From assembly GCA_963754945.1 (NCBI GenBank), contig CAVWIG010000017.1, forward strand, positions 96,001 to 160,000: a DNA stretch of 64,000 nt. The letters are read 5' to 3'. The DNA is from Methanotrichaceae archaeon (GTDB taxonomy: Archaea; Halobacteriota; Methanosarcinia; Methanotrichales; Methanotrichaceae). Every line of letters begins with the position of its first letter. Within the stretch, counting starts at the first letter, position 1. Below the pieces are notes generated by a model. That model searched no databases and had not been told where the DNA came from. It saw only the letters and a program-made list of their open reading frames with translations. Position numbers and translations under genes: made by a program. Positions 9,436 through 20,658 of the stretch are shown piece after piece.

Positions 9436-9737
9436 ATAGGATTGATTATCCGCAGAGATGAATAGCCGATACGCCTCCGATTGAAGGCATTTTGGCTCCG
9501 GACTATCTGCCAGAAGACGAACAAACTGAAAAATGGCGATCCATGAGAGTAAAATCGTCGGTTCAAATTGCGCATAGATCGTAAGTGCGTCGGGACGAAG
9601 AGTTGATTTAACCTTCAATACTATTAATATTTGAGAATTGTGTGACCTTGGCTGTAGTGTCAAGGAACAAAAAGATTGACCCAATCCCGAACAGGCATAC
9701 ATCGTACTGGCATCTAAATAGACTACAAGGGATACGA

Positions 9738-11087
9738 ATGGAAGGATCCGAGAGAACTTATGATTTAATCGTGATCGGCACAGGTAATGCAGGCACCGCG
9801 ATGTCACATGAGGCTCGACGTGCGGGATGGAAGGTTGCCATAGCCGATCAACTCCCCTTTGGCGGAACATGCGCTGTGAAAGGATGTATTCCGAAGAAGG
9901 TTTTGGTAAGTGCTGCGGAAGTAATCGTAAGAGCGAAATCCATGCAGAACAAGGGAATCGATGGGGACATTCGCATCAATTGGCCTGAACTGATAAGCTT
10001 CAAGCGAACGTTCACAGACCCAATCCCATCTACGCGTATCAGGACTTACGCCGAAAGAGGGATAGACACATACTGCGGTCACGCTCGATTTCTCGGAAGA
10101 AACATCCTTCGGGTAGGGGACGAAACGATGACCGCCCGATTCATCGGAATCGCGACTGGCGCGTCTCCCAGTAGACTAGGGATTCCAGGCGAGAGATTCG
10201 TCAGCTCTAGCGATGATTTCCTCGCAATGAAAACCATTCCCAAGCGAATCATCTTCATCGGTGGCGGTATCATCTCCTTTGAATTTGCACACGTGGCAGC
10301 CAGTGCTGGGGCGAAAGTTACGATCCTGCATAGGGGCGGTCGATTATTGAAGAACTTCGACCCATTCTTGGTTGATCTCCTTGTGAAAGCCTTTAGGGCA
10401 TCGGGAATCGAGATTCACATGAACATGCCAGTTAAATCGGTCGAGGAAGGTCCGGACCGACTGCTCGTTCATGCAGGCAAGGACGGTGAGCACATATTTG
10501 AGGCAGAGATGGTCGTGCATGGAGCTGGAAGAGCGCCGAACATCGAGAGCCTCGACCTGAAAGCAGGGGAAGTTTCAGTCGACGAAAAGGGAATAGCGAT
10601 CAACCAGCATCTACAGAGCATTTCAAACCCGTCCGTTTACGTGGCTGGAGACGCCAACGCAAGAGGAAAACCGCTCTCTTCTGTTGCAACGATGGATGGC
10701 AGGACCGCAGCTAGGAACATGATTAACGGCAACACGCTAACAACCGATTACAGGACTGTGCCTAGTGTAGTATTCACTTTTCCTTTGCTCGCATCTGTAG
10801 GGCTCGGGAAAGATGAGGCGATGAAGTGCGGAATTAAGACTGTTGTATATGAACGAGAGACTTCAGACTGGTTCTCTAGCCGCAGTGTCGACATTGCCCA
10901 TTCAGGGTACAGGATTCTCACAGATCAATCAGGTAGGATCATTGGGGCACATCTTTTGGGATACAACGCCGACGAGACCATTAACATCTTTGCACTTGCA
11001 ATGAGGGCGGGCATGAAGCTCGCTGATTTGCAGGAAGTAGCTTGGGCGTACCCCACAGCAGCCTACGACATCAATCGGATACGGTAA
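9738..11087 (+). CDS. Pyridine nucleotide-disulfide oxidoreductase (glutathione/mercuric reductase-like)
   Basis: IGTGNAG FAD site, GGTCAVKGCIP redox disulfide, GGGIISFE NAD(P)H site, dimerisation domain. Confidence 0.88.
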   Translation: MEGSERTYDLIVIGTGNAGTAMSHEARRAGWKVAIADQLPFGGTCAVKGCIPKKVLVSAAEVIVRAKSMQNKGIDGDIRINWPELISFKRTFTDPIPSTRIRTYAERGIDTYCGHARFLGRNILRVGDETMTARFIGIATGASPSRLGIPGERFVSSSDDFLAMKTIPKRIIFIGGGIISFEFAHVAASAGAKVTILHRGGRLLKNFDPFLVDLLVKAFRASGIEIHMNMPVKSVEEGPDRLLVHAGKDGEHIFEAEMVVHGAGRAPNIESLDLKAGEVSVDEKGIAINQHLQSISNPSVYVAGDANARGKPLSSVATMDGRTAARNMINGNTLTTDYRTVPSVVFTFPLLASVGLGKDEAMKCGIKTVVYERETSDWFSSRSVDIAHSGYRILTDQSGRIIGAHLLGYNADETINIFALAMRAGMKLADLQEVAWAYPTAAYDINRIR

Positions 11088-11375
11088 CCTTTGGATTTTA
11101 GGCCTTTGATGAACTGATCTTTTGTTCACAATGTCGTTTATAGCGAACAGCTCTATTCTATAGATCGGTCATATCTGATAGATTCGAGAAGAAGCTAGAT
11201 TTTCAGCAGCCGGTTTGCCTTCATGCAGAGCGATGTAATGAACCTTGCCGCTACCACTAACGCCTTATACATAGCATTGCTTTATTCCCCAATCCTCGGC
11301 AAGAATGCTAGCACTTGAATAGTTTCCGTGTATTAAAAAGAGACAAATCACCGATTTGAAGATGTGTGAACAGAA

Positions 11376-12110
11376 ATGCTAACGGAAAGAGAGCTGGACA
11401 GGTACGACAGGCAGATCCGACTGCTGGGAGAAGATGGCCAGGAAAAGCTGAAAGATGCAAAGGTCTTCATCGCAGGTGCCGGCGGCCTCGGCTCCCCAAT
11501 ATCGATATATCTCACGGCCGCGGGTATCGGTAAAATCAAACTCGTCGATAAAGATACTGTAGCCCTGAGCAACCTCAACCGTCAGATCCTTCACTGGGAG
11601 AAGGACGTAGACAGGGAAAAAGCGATATCCGCCCGGGATAAGCTCACGGAGATCAACAGTGACATCAAAATAGATGCGAAATCAGAGACAATAACGGAAG
11701 ACAATGCCTCCGATCTAGTTGCCGATGCAGACCTGGTAATCGATGCCATGGACAACTTTCCCACCAGGTATCTGCTGAACAGAACTGCTCTGGAGAAGGG
11801 CATACCCTTCATTCACGGAGCTATCAATGGATTCCACGGCCAAGCCACCACTGTGCTTCCCGGAGAGTCTGCCTGTCTTCGATGTATCTTTAGAGAAGCT
11901 CCTCCGCCATCGGTCTTCCCCGTTCTTGGAGTTACACCCGGCATCATCGGTTTAATTCAGGCATCCGAGGCCATTAAATACATCGTCGGTATCGGCGAGC
12001 TGCTTTCCGGAAAGCTTCTTCTCTGGGACGGGCTGACATCTCAGACAGAAATCGTACAGGTAGACAAAAATGCCCATTGCCAGGATTGCGGAACTGGCGG
12101 ACGAAGGTAA
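11376..12110 (+). CDS. ThiF/MoeB/HesA-family E1-like adenylyltransferase
   Basis: RYDRQI, GAGGLG, SNLNRQ, CLRC and CQDC zinc motifs. Confidence 0.92.
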   Translation: MLTERELDRYDRQIRLLGEDGQEKLKDAKVFIAGAGGLGSPISIYLTAAGIGKIKLVDKDTVALSNLNRQILHWEKDVDREKAISARDKLTEINSDIKIDAKSETITEDNASDLVADADLVIDAMDNFPTRYLLNRTALEKGIPFIHGAINGFHGQATTVLPGESACLRCIFREAPPPSVFPVLGVTPGIIGLIQASEAIKYIVGIGELLSGKLLLWDGLTSQTEIVQVDKNAHCQDCGTGGRR

Positions 12111-12126
12111 GAAGGAGTAGCCCAAA

Positions 12127-13293
12127 ATGTACTTGGTCAGGTACTCGGAGATTGCCCTGAAGTCTGAGCCGGTAAGAAGGCGCTGGGAAGATGTTTTGAT
12201 CTCCAGCATCCAGAAGGTCCTTCCGGGAGTGAAAGTCAGCAAGGAACGAGGCAGAATCTGGCTGGATGGTCCAGTGGACCCGGAGAAGCTCAGAAAAGTC
12301 TTCGGAATAGTCTCCTTCTCCGAGGTCGAGCACTGCAAGCTGGAAGAGCTGAACTCCTATATCCTGGATTTCTGCATAAGATCTGGCCTTGAGACGGCTA
12401 GGACCTTCGCCCTGAGGCTCCGGAGAGTGGGCAACCATCCCTTCAAATCACAGGAGAAGACCATCGAGCTGGCTGATCTTATCCTGGCAAGGTTCAAGAA
12501 CCTCGGAGTGGATCTTGACGAACCGGAGGCCACAGTCTATGTGGAGATCAGGGATGACGATGTCTACCTTTACCGAAATGCGGTTAAAGGTCCGGGAGGC
12601 ATTCCCCTGGGAGTGGAGGGCAAACTGGTAGCCCTCTTCTCCGGCGGCATAGACTCGCCAGTCGCAGCCTGGATGATGATGAAGCGAGGCTGCAAGATAA
12701 TTCCCGTTTACGCTGACCTGGAATCCTTCGCTAGCGTTAGCGCGCTGGATCGCGCCCAGGCAGTCATCGAAGCCTTGAGAGCTTACCAACCGGATCTGGA
12801 GCTTCTGGTTGTGAAAGACGGCTTCCTGATGAGGGCTGTGGAAGTCCTGAGGAAAAAGGATCTGGAGAACTATACCTGCATCTTGTGCAAGCGCAGGATG
12901 TACCGCTTGGCGGAGTCTGTGGCAAGGGAAGTGGGTGCCAAGGGGATTGTAACAGGCGAGTCCCTTGGCCAGGTTGCATCTCAGACCCTGGACAATCTCT
13001 TTGTCCTCGATGACTGTGCCTCAATGCCGGTTTACCGGCCCCTAATCGGTTTTGACAAGGTTGAGGCGGAGAAGATCGCCAGGGAGATCGGGACCTACGA
13101 GCCGTCCATTCTTAAGGCCGAAGGCTGCAAAGCGGTTCCCTACAAGCCTTCCACCAAGGCCAAGCTTGAGAAGGTGTTGGCGGTGGAGAAAACACTATCA
13201 GTGGAAGACCAAGTAGCTGAGGGTTCAACCTCTGGGCCAGAACATAATGATGGTCACGCCGATCAGGGAGATGACGCCTCCAAGGATATCTAA
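12127..13293 (+). CDS. thiI: tRNA 4-thiouridine sulfurtransferase ThiI
   Basis: THUMP domain, SGGIDS PP-loop, [21 protein letters not shown]. Confidence 0.93.
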   Translation: MYLVRYSEIALKSEPVRRRWEDVLISSIQKVLPGVKVSKERGRIWLDGPVDPEKLRKVFGIVSFSEVEHCKLEELNSYILDFCIRSGLETARTFALRLRRVGNHPFKSQEKTIELADLILARFKNLGVDLDEPEATVYVEIRDDDVYLYRNAVKGPGGIPLGVEGKLVALFSGGIDSPVAAWMMMKRGCKIIPVYADLESFASVSALDRAQAVIEALRAYQPDLELLVVKDGFLMRAVEVLRKKDLENYTCILCKRRMYRLAESVAREVGAKGIVTGESLGQVASQTLDNLFVLDDCASMPVYRPLIGFDKVEAEKIAREIGTYEPSILKAEGCKAVPYKPSTKAKLEKVLAVEKTLSVEDQVAEGSTSGPEHNDGHADQGDDASKDI

Positions 13294-13554
13294 CCTGTCA
13301 GGAACTACCTTATCTATCTGCCAGCCCCACAGGATGGAGAGAGCTATGAAAATGCCGCCGTAGGCAGCATAAACTCGGCCGAAGTTTGCGGGTTGGAAGG
13401 TTGGTATGATTCCATAGAGGATCAAGACCAGCGCGCCAAGCACAGCAAACCAGATTCCTCTTCCATCTCTGACCCACAGCCACATGAGATACCCGCCGCC
13501 TATCTCGCAGAGTCCTGCGAGAACGAATAAAAATAGAGATCGAGCTATGTCCAT
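13225..13554 (-). CDS. YnfA/UPF0060 small membrane protein
   Basis: [11 protein letters not shown] and [10 protein letters not shown] signatures. Confidence 0.9.
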   Translation of the reverse strand: MDIARSLFLFVLAGLCEIGGGYLMWLWVRDGRGIWFAVLGALVLILYGIIPTFQPANFGRVYAAYGGIFIALSILWGWQIDKVVPDRLDILGGVISLIGVTIIMFWPRG

Positions 13555-13688
13555 TGTAGCCTCCAGATTCTTCTATTAACAAAGACTCAAGCCTGATATG
13601 AAAAGTGCACGCTAGATTTAGACACAATCCCAAATATCGAATCTGAGGACAGAGATGCACAAAGGAAAATGTTTATACAATACATCAA

Positions 13689-14255
13689 ATGAATATGGTC
13701 GAACGTAATAGAGATGATGACATGCAAGACGCTAAGCCGAAGTTCATATTCACTTGCCAAGAGTGCGGGCAGTGCTGCGAACGAGAAGTCGCGATTTATT
13801 TGAGCGACGTTGAGAGATGGTCAAAGGATGGAACCATCTACCAGGTATTTCCAAATCTAACAGTATCAGGTGAATCTATGCCGTTGTCGCTACATCTGGA
13901 AAGAGAGGACGGCAAATGCAAGATGTTCGATCCGGACAGCAAAAAATGCAAGATCTACGACAATCGCCCGTTATCATGCAGGGCATATCCTCTGAGGCAC
14001 GATGGAACAGGCTTTCTCTTGAGGGATGAGGAATGTCCCGGATTGAATAAAGGCGAGATGAGCCGGGAGAACCTGGAAGAGATCAGGAAAGATGCCATCC
14101 AGGAACATGAGGCAGAGGTTCACACAGCCGCTGTCCTGCCCACAATACAAGCGCTCTTGTTGAGCGACATGGCCAAGAAGTCTGAGGAAGCCTACAGCAA
14201 ACTGTCCGATGAAGAGAAGGCGAAGCTGGAAGAAATTTTGAAAAAGGAGAAATAA
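13689..14255 (+). CDS. YkgJ-family cysteine-cluster protein
   Basis: CQECGQCC, C..CKIYDNRPLSCRAYP. Confidence 0.85.
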   Translation: MNMVERNRDDDMQDAKPKFIFTCQECGQCCEREVAIYLSDVERWSKDGTIYQVFPNLTVSGESMPLSLHLEREDGKCKMFDPDSKKCKIYDNRPLSCRAYPLRHDGTGFLLRDEECPGLNKGEMSRENLEEIRKDAIQEHEAEVHTAAVLPTIQALLLSDMAKKSEEAYSKLSDEEKAKLEEILKKEK

Positions 14256-14337
14256 CTGCTTGCCATCAATCTCGCTACTACGGTCGCACGAAGCAAGATT
14301 TCTGGACCTACAACTCTTGCTCTCGGCTAAATCTCCC

Positions 14338-15291
14338 TTAGCGTTCCTTTTTCTGCTGTTTAACGAAACGGTCCCAGTCCCATGGCTCGTCCAGGACCTT
14401 CACCTCAACGCTTCGGATCCCGTTGATCCCCTCGACCCGGCGCTTGACCTGATCCGTAAGATGGTCCACCAGAGGGCAGGCCTGGGTAGTCAGGACCATG
14501 TCCACTTCGGCATGGTCGTCTCTCACGATTATATCCTTGATCAGGCCAAGATCCACGATATCGATTCCCACCTCAGGATCTATGACATCCCTCAAGGCCG
14601 CCCTGATCTCATCCTCAATTACCAGCTCAGCCCTGATCTTTTCGGCCTCAGGTCCCGGCAGAGACTTCTCTATGCCTCTCAGCCGCTCCTCAAGCCGGTT
14701 CTGCCGGTCCAGCAACCTGCTAACAACCCTGAGCATTGGGTCTGGTAAGTTGCCATAGTCCAGGTCGGTTCGTGTCGTCGGGCACTCGGGCTCCGCTATT
14801 CTCCCAGGAACGCCCACAACCGTAGCCCCTGGCGGAACAGATCTCACAACTACGGAACCGGCTCCTATCTTTGCCCCTCTTCCAACGGTTATCGGACCAA
14901 GGACTATGGACCCTGCGCCTATCACTACTTCGTCCTCAATTGTAGGATGACGCTTCACCTTTTCGAGACTAGTTCCACCCAGGACCGTTCCCATGTACAT
15001 CAGGACGTCGTTGCCGATCTCTGCCGTCTCTCCGATCACCACACCCATGCCGTGGTCTATGAAGAACCTCCGACCGATCTTAGCTCCAGGGTGAATCTCC
15101 ACTCCGGTGAGGAAACGCGATATATGGGAGCTGAAACGGGCCAGGAAGAACAGATTATGAGTCCACAGAAAATGAGACATCCTGTGCAGCCAGACAGCAT
15201 GTAGCCCAGGATAGCAAAAGACGACTTCCCAGACAGTCTTGGCTGCTGGGTCTTTGGCAAAGACAGTCTGGATGTCTTCTCTGATGCTCAT
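14338..15291 (-). CDS. cysE: Serine O-acetyltransferase fused to a C-terminal DUF59 (SufT/PaaD-like) domain
   Basis: [23 protein letters not shown] hexapeptide domain; C-terminal [14 protein letters not shown]...LTTQACP. Confidence 0.9.
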   Translation of the reverse strand: MSIREDIQTVFAKDPAAKTVWEVVFCYPGLHAVWLHRMSHFLWTHNLFFLARFSSHISRFLTGVEIHPGAKIGRRFFIDHGMGVVIGETAEIGNDVLMYMGTVLGGTSLEKVKRHPTIEDEVVIGAGSIVLGPITVGRGAKIGAGSVVVRSVPPGATVVGVPGRIAEPECPTTRTDLDYGNLPDPMLRVVSRLLDRQNRLEERLRGIEKSLPGPEAEKIRAELVIEDEIRAALRDVIDPEVGIDIVDLGLIKDIIVRDDHAEVDMVLTTQACPLVDHLTDQVKRRVEGINGIRSVEVKVLDEPWDWDRFVKQQKKER

Positions 15292-15308
15292 CTTCCGGTT
15301 ACCTCACC

Positions 15309-16239
15309 TCAAAACTCGAAGAGCTCTGTGCTCAGGTATCGCTCGCCAGTATCTGGCATTATTGCTACAACGAGCTTTCCCTTATTCTCCGGCCTGGCAG
15401 CCACCTGAAGGGCAGCCCAGGCTGCTGCGCCAGAAGAGATTCCGACAAGTATCCCTTCTTCTTTGGCCAGCCTTCGGGCAGTTTTTATTGCGTCCTCGTA
15501 CTCTACCTTTACAATCTCATCCACTAGATCGCGTCGTAGCACATCCGGCACGAAGCCTGCTCCGATTCCCTGGATCTTGTGCGGTCCAGGCTTGCCTCTT
15601 GAGAGGACCGGAGATGCTGCGGGCTCGACTGCGATGGTGCGAAATCCCGGTCGGCGGGACTTGATGACTTCGGCTATACCGGTTATTGTTCCGCCAGTGC
15701 CCACGCCCGCCACAACGAAGTCCACCTTTCCGTCTGTGTCTCTCCAGATCTCCTCTGCTGTAGTCTTGCGATGGATCTCAGGATTGGCCGGGTTCCTGAA
15801 CTGCTGGGGAATGTAGTAATAGCGCGGGATCCTTTGCCAACATTTCTTCTGCAGTTGCTATCGCTCCTTTCATCCCTTGACTTCCTGGGGTCAACACCAG
15901 ATCGGCTCCCAAGGCTTTGAGCAATTTCCGCCGCTCGATCGACATGGTCTCCGGCATCACCAGGACCAGCTTGTAGCCCCTGGCGGCGGCGACGAAGGCC
16001 AGGGCGATGCCTGTGTTTCCGCTGGTTGGTTCCAGGATGATGGTGTCTGGTTTGATGTGTCCTGCTTTTTCAGCGGCGTCGATCATGGACACTCCGATTC
16101 TGTCTTTTACACTGCTCAGGGGATTAAAAGACTCCAACTTGACTACCACTGTGGCGTCTATGCCTTTAGTTACTCTATTTAGTTTGACCAGAGGCGTATT
16201 GCCGATGGTCTTGGTTAGATCCTCGTAGATCCTTACCAT
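15309..16239 (-). pseudogene. cysK: Cysteine synthase A with one frameshift near 15825 (real or sequencing error)
   Basis: [20 protein letters not shown] in one frame; [32 protein letters not shown] in another. Confidence 0.88.
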
Positions 16240-16908
16240 GAATTAACATCTCCATTCTATTAGCTGTTAAGAGCAGACACTCCGAAAGAAGGCAAATCTT
16301 GAACCATGCATAGCTACATTATGCGTAAATTGTTCTGCGACCAGCATACTCGATTCCAACTTTTGGCTTATGACTAAGCTTCGCCTAACATGTCTTTTGA
16401 GCGGTCTCTTTCAGATCAGTTATTCCTGAAACCCAAAGGCTCTAATCGGGGCGATTTCATGTACGTTTTTAGTTAAGACATCAAGCATTAAGGACGTATT
16501 CATTGCGGCAATTTCCATCCGAATTAATCATCACGATTGTTATTATGCCCTGGAGATATAAGACTTCTCCGGAGCGTGAGCTTCTGGAATATTGAAGGAG
16601 GCATCGAGCATACGATCTTCCTTTGAGTCCCATTATGAGCCATGCAGGTGTAGTTACGGAAAGAGTACGGGATTCGAGCGAGAGCTCAATCTCTGTGATG
16701 AACAGTTCAGGAGATGTCAGCTGCCCGGTGAGAATGTAGGATTTAACTCAGAGATCGGAGATATGCGAAGGATTATCTCCCGATGCTGAAAACGTTGCCA
16801 GCTCCGTTGTTGCCCACAAACGTCAGAACTTAGATAGTGATTAAAGAATAAGAAGCGGATGCGCAGTAGGTATAAGAATGCCGCTTCTCGGGAATTTATT
16901 CTGTAAAT

Positions 16909-17259
16909 TTATTCCACCAGCTCATACAGTATCTTCATGGCCTTGGTAAAGGGAGGCATACCTGAAGTCAGAAGAACCACCCTCAGAACATCAACTATTT
17001 CGTCCTTGGTGATTTTGAACTCCTTCATTGCGCTAATCATCTGCTTTTTTGTTGCCCTGTCGTCTGAGGCAGAAGCATTTATGCCCAGGGCTATCAACTT
17101 CTGTGTTTTGTAGTCTATGACCTTCCCGGTGTAGGCGGCCTCGTTCAAACCTACAATCGCATTGTAAAGGTCAGGGTATTCATTTTTTACTTTTGCCATT
17201 CCTTCGCCAAAGAACACTTCGTCTTTCATTTTGTCCACCAACTTTACTTCTTTCCGCAT
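16909..17259 (-). CDS. Carboxymuconolactone decarboxylase/AhpD-like protein
   Basis: IDYKTQKLIALGI and EI.DVL.V...TSGMP helical pattern. Confidence 0.75.
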   Translation of the reverse strand: MRKEVKLVDKMKDEVFFGEGMAKVKNEYPDLYNAIVGLNEAAYTGKVIDYKTQKLIALGINASASDDRATKKQMISAMKEFKITKDEIVDVLRVVLLTSGMPPFTKAMKILYELVE

Positions 17260-17794
17260 ATTTTATAGCTCATTCCGTATAGCCTTTTCTAAAGTTGTGT
17301 TATAGATTTATGTTCACATTGCCATCTATGAGGTCCGAAATGGTCGAGATGGCATAAGAAAAAGAGACAAAAAATCCATCGGAGATGAACTTACCTCATA
17401 AAACGCAAGTGATGGCAACCACCGACAAATCAACCGTCATCAGGAGATGCGCCATGTGGCATCCAAGGCAGGAAAAGGACACAAAGACGGAAGGATTGGG
17501 CAAGCCGATCAGACCTGTCTTGTAGCGCATAACTGGCATTATCTATCATAATTAAGTGATTCTAGTTTCATTGTTGGGCACAATAATCCTTGAGCTATGG
17601 ACGCATGCGAGAGTTCAGATTCTCGAACATCCGGTTCTTGGAGTTTTTTTGACTATATTGGCACCATCGATTCCAATTTGTGCTTGGAGTCATCAATACA
17701 ACAATATTAATTATTATTCATAGTCCAAAATTTAAAATACGAACAAAACTATTTAGATCAATAAAAGCTAATAGAACTACAGGATAGTGATGAT

Positions 17795-17938
17795 GTGAAA
17801 GTTATTGACCCCGCCTGCAAAATGGAAATAGAGGACAAATGGGCAGCATACAAATCTGAGTATAAAGGAAAGACGTATTATTTCTGCTGCGATTCCTGCA
17901 AGAAGAGGTTCGATTTAAGTCCAGAGAAGTATCTCTGA
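17795..17938 (+). CDS. YHS-domain small protein 1 (47 aa; not in ORF track)
   Basis: MKVIDPACKMEIEDKWAAYKSEYKGKTYYFCCDSCKKRFDLSPEKYL, GTG start. Confidence 0.85.
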   Translation: MKVIDPACKMEIEDKWAAYKSEYKGKTYYFCCDSCKKRFDLSPEKYL

Positions 17939-18015
17939 GCATTGCAGGGATGCTTGTTCGCGCGAATACTTCTAAGGAAATTTTTTTGTTTAATCCAGAA
18001 AGGAGGACGAATATA

Positions 18016-20121
18016 ATGGCAGTGGAAGAAGTGGCACCGAACCTACCTGAGATCGGCAAAGAGCCAGAGATGCCTGGCATGGGTAGGATGGGTATGGATC
18101 ATGAAGCGCAAAAAACAAGTCATGAGCACAAAATGCATGACATGGACCTGCGCCCTAACGAACCCCATAAAACACATCGAGGCAGACACGAAGGCCACGT
18201 CACTGAGGACTTTAAAAGAAGATTCATAATATCTTTAATTTTGACCCTCCCCATCCTTGCCCTCTCTCCGTTTATTCAGGACCTATTTAGATTTAAATTA
18301 GAGTTTCCGGGCTCTATTTATGCTCTGTTCCTGCTTTCCACATTCGTCTATTTCTATGGCGGCTATCCATTCCTGAAGGGTTTCTTGAATGAGATCAGGG
18401 ACAACAACATCGGAATGATGACCCTGATCGCAACGGCCATAAGCGCCGCCTATTTTTACAGCTCGGCAGTGGCCTTCGGCCTGCGAGGAGAGATCTTCTT
18501 CTGGGAGCTTGCCACGCTGATTGATATCATGCTTCTCGGCCACTGGATCGAGATGCGCTCCGTGCTGGGAGCCTCACGTGCTTTAGAGGAGCTGGTCAAA
18601 ATAATGCCCTCCGAAGCCCACCTGCTAAAAAACGGGCAGACTGTGGACGTCAAGGTTGAAATGCTGAAGCCAGGAGACCGAGTTCTGGTCAAGCCCGGAG
18701 AGAAAATACCTGTCGATGGGGCTGTGATAGAGGGAGAGACGAGCGTCAATGAGTCGATGCTGACCGGAGAATCCAAGCCGGTTACGAAAAAGGCTGAGGA
18801 CAACGTGATAGGCGGCTCCATCAATGGTGAGGGCTCGATATCGGTGGAGGTAAGAAAGATTGGCTCAGAGACTTACCTCAATCAGGTCATTGAACTGGTC
18901 AGGCAGGCTCAGGAGAGCAAGTCAAAGACCCAGGATCTGGCCGACAATGCTGCTCGCTTGCTCACAATCATATCGCTCAGCGTCGGAGCCATCACTCTGG
19001 CAACCTGGCTTTACATTGGCAAGGACTCCTCCTTCGCCGTCGAGAGGGCGGTTACAGTCATGGTCATATCCTGTCCACATGCTTTAGGTCTGGCTGTCCC
19101 ACTGGTGGTTGCAGTCTCGACTTCTCTAGCAGCAAAATCAGGACTGCTGATCCGGAATAGACAGGCATTTGAGAGGGCCAAAGACCTTCAGGCTGTGGTC
19201 TTCGACAAGACAGGAACGCTGACCGAGGGCCGGTTCGGAGTAACTGATATCGTACCCCTTTCGGAGTCAGATGAGAAGGAAATCCTAAGATTGACTGCAT
19301 CCCTGGAAGCAAACTCAGAGCATCCCATAGCCGCAGGAATTGTGAACGACTCGTTGGAGAAAGGGATCGAGCTTGTCCACGTTCATGAGTTCAAAGCAAT
19401 CCCCGGAAAGGGCGTAGAGGGCCAGGTCCATGGAAAAAGATGGAGTGTCGCTAGCCCCGGATACCTGCGGGAAAGCAAGATCGAACTTAAGGACGAGAGG
19501 GTAGAGAAGCTGGAGCAACAGGGAAAGACCGTTGTTTTCCTGCTCGAAGAAGACCGCCCCATCGGGGCCATAGCCCTGGCTGACATCATAAGGAAGGAGT
19601 CCCGAGAGGCCATCGAGAAGCTTAAGGCGATGGGCATAAAGTGCATGATGCTCACCGGGGACAACAGGTTTGTGGCCAAGTGGGTCGCCGAGGAGCTGGG
19701 GCTGGACGATTTCTTCGCCGAGGTGCTGCCTCACGAAAAGGCGGAGGCCATAAAAAAGGTCCAGAAGGATTACATTGTGGCCATGGTAGGAGACGGGGTC
19801 AACGACGCTCCTGCCCTCGTGCAGGCTGACATTGGAATAGCCATTGGCGCGGGTACTGACGTAGCGGTCGAGTCGGCTGACATAGTTCTCGTCAGGAACG
19901 ATCCCAGAGACGTCGTGAACATAGTCGGCCTGTCGAAGAAAACTTACACGAAGATGTTTCAGAACCTTGTCTGGGCTACGGGTTACAACGCCTTTGCAAT
20001 TCCCTTGGCGGCCGGAGTTCTGTACAGCTACGGCGTACTCCTCAGCCCTGCCATCGCTGCAATCTTCATGAGCGCGAGCACTGTAATTGTGGCCATAAAT
20101 GCGAGATTGCTTAAAATGTAG
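18016..20121 (+). CDS. copB: Copper-translocating P1B-3 ATPase (CopB type)
   Basis: His/Met-rich N-terminus, TGES, CPH, DKTGT, SEHP, GDGVNDAP, GYN and MSAST motifs; AGGAGG RBS. Confidence 0.92.
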   Translation: MAVEEVAPNLPEIGKEPEMPGMGRMGMDHEAQKTSHEHKMHDMDLRPNEPHKTHRGRHEGHVTEDFKRRFIISLILTLPILALSPFIQDLFRFKLEFPGSIYALFLLSTFVYFYGGYPFLKGFLNEIRDNNIGMMTLIATAISAAYFYSSAVAFGLRGEIFFWELATLIDIMLLGHWIEMRSVLGASRALEELVKIMPSEAHLLKNGQTVDVKVEMLKPGDRVLVKPGEKIPVDGAVIEGETSVNESMLTGESKPVTKKAEDNVIGGSINGEGSISVEVRKIGSETYLNQVIELVRQAQESKSKTQDLADNAARLLTIISLSVGAITLATWLYIGKDSSFAVERAVTVMVISCPHALGLAVPLVVAVSTSLAAKSGLLIRNRQAFERAKDLQAVVFDKTGTLTEGRFGVTDIVPLSESDEKEILRLTASLEANSEHPIAAGIVNDSLEKGIELVHVHEFKAIPGKGVEGQVHGKRWSVASPGYLRESKIELKDERVEKLEQQGKTVVFLLEEDRPIGAIALADIIRKESREAIEKLKAMGIKCMMLTGDNRFVAKWVAEELGLDDFFAEVLPHEKAEAIKKVQKDYIVAMVGDGVNDAPALVQADIGIAIGAGTDVAVESADIVLVRNDPRDVVNIVGLSKKTYTKMFQNLVWATGYNAFAIPLAAGVLYSYGVLLSPAIAAIFMSASTVIVAINARLLKM

Positions 20122-20215
20122 CTTTAGCTTGGATACTCTGCCGATCTATAAATACTAAGAGCTGGTCATAGTTACATGTTGAAAATTTCATAAAATAGAG
20201 AGTGAGGATGATAGA

Positions 20216-20517
20216 ATGGCTAAATCGGGAAGAAACGCGCTGGTCTCACTGCTGGCATGCATAGGGTTATTGATCGCAATGATTAGCCTCACCGCAGGAA
20301 GTATGATGGGGCAAGGTGGCATGATGGGAAAGACGATGGGTCAGTGCATGAGCAAAGAATGTGACACCATGATGAATACCTGCCGGACAACATGACCTGT
20401 ATGGTGGCACAATCCATGATGGGAACCTGTCCCGCCAACAAGACCTGCTACAAGATAGAGGCCCAGAAATCGGTCGCATCTGGCAACGTATCAACTAAAG
20501 ATCAGCACGTCCACTAA
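20216..20517 (+). pseudogene. Secreted Met/Cys-rich small protein with one frameshift near 20383
   Basis: Signal peptide then MMGQGGMMGKTMGQCMSKECDTMMNTC / PDNMTCMVAQSMMGTCPANKTCY...HVH; the internal repeat spans the frame change. Confidence 0.65.
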
Positions 20518-20658
20518 CTTGAACGCCGGACTGAAGGCCAAATTACCGCGATCAGTTCGAGAGGTGTGCAGATTCTCTCCTGTATGCCCTCGTTAATTGG
20601 AGAACATTAGATCACATTTTTAATAATTGATAGTATTAGTTTTGCTGAGTTGAGATTC

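Noticed and set aside
17329-17341. 13-mer TGAGGTCCGAAAT shared with the tRNA anticodon/intron junction (possible att site)
   Set aside because: No extension on either side and no integrase; compatible with chance
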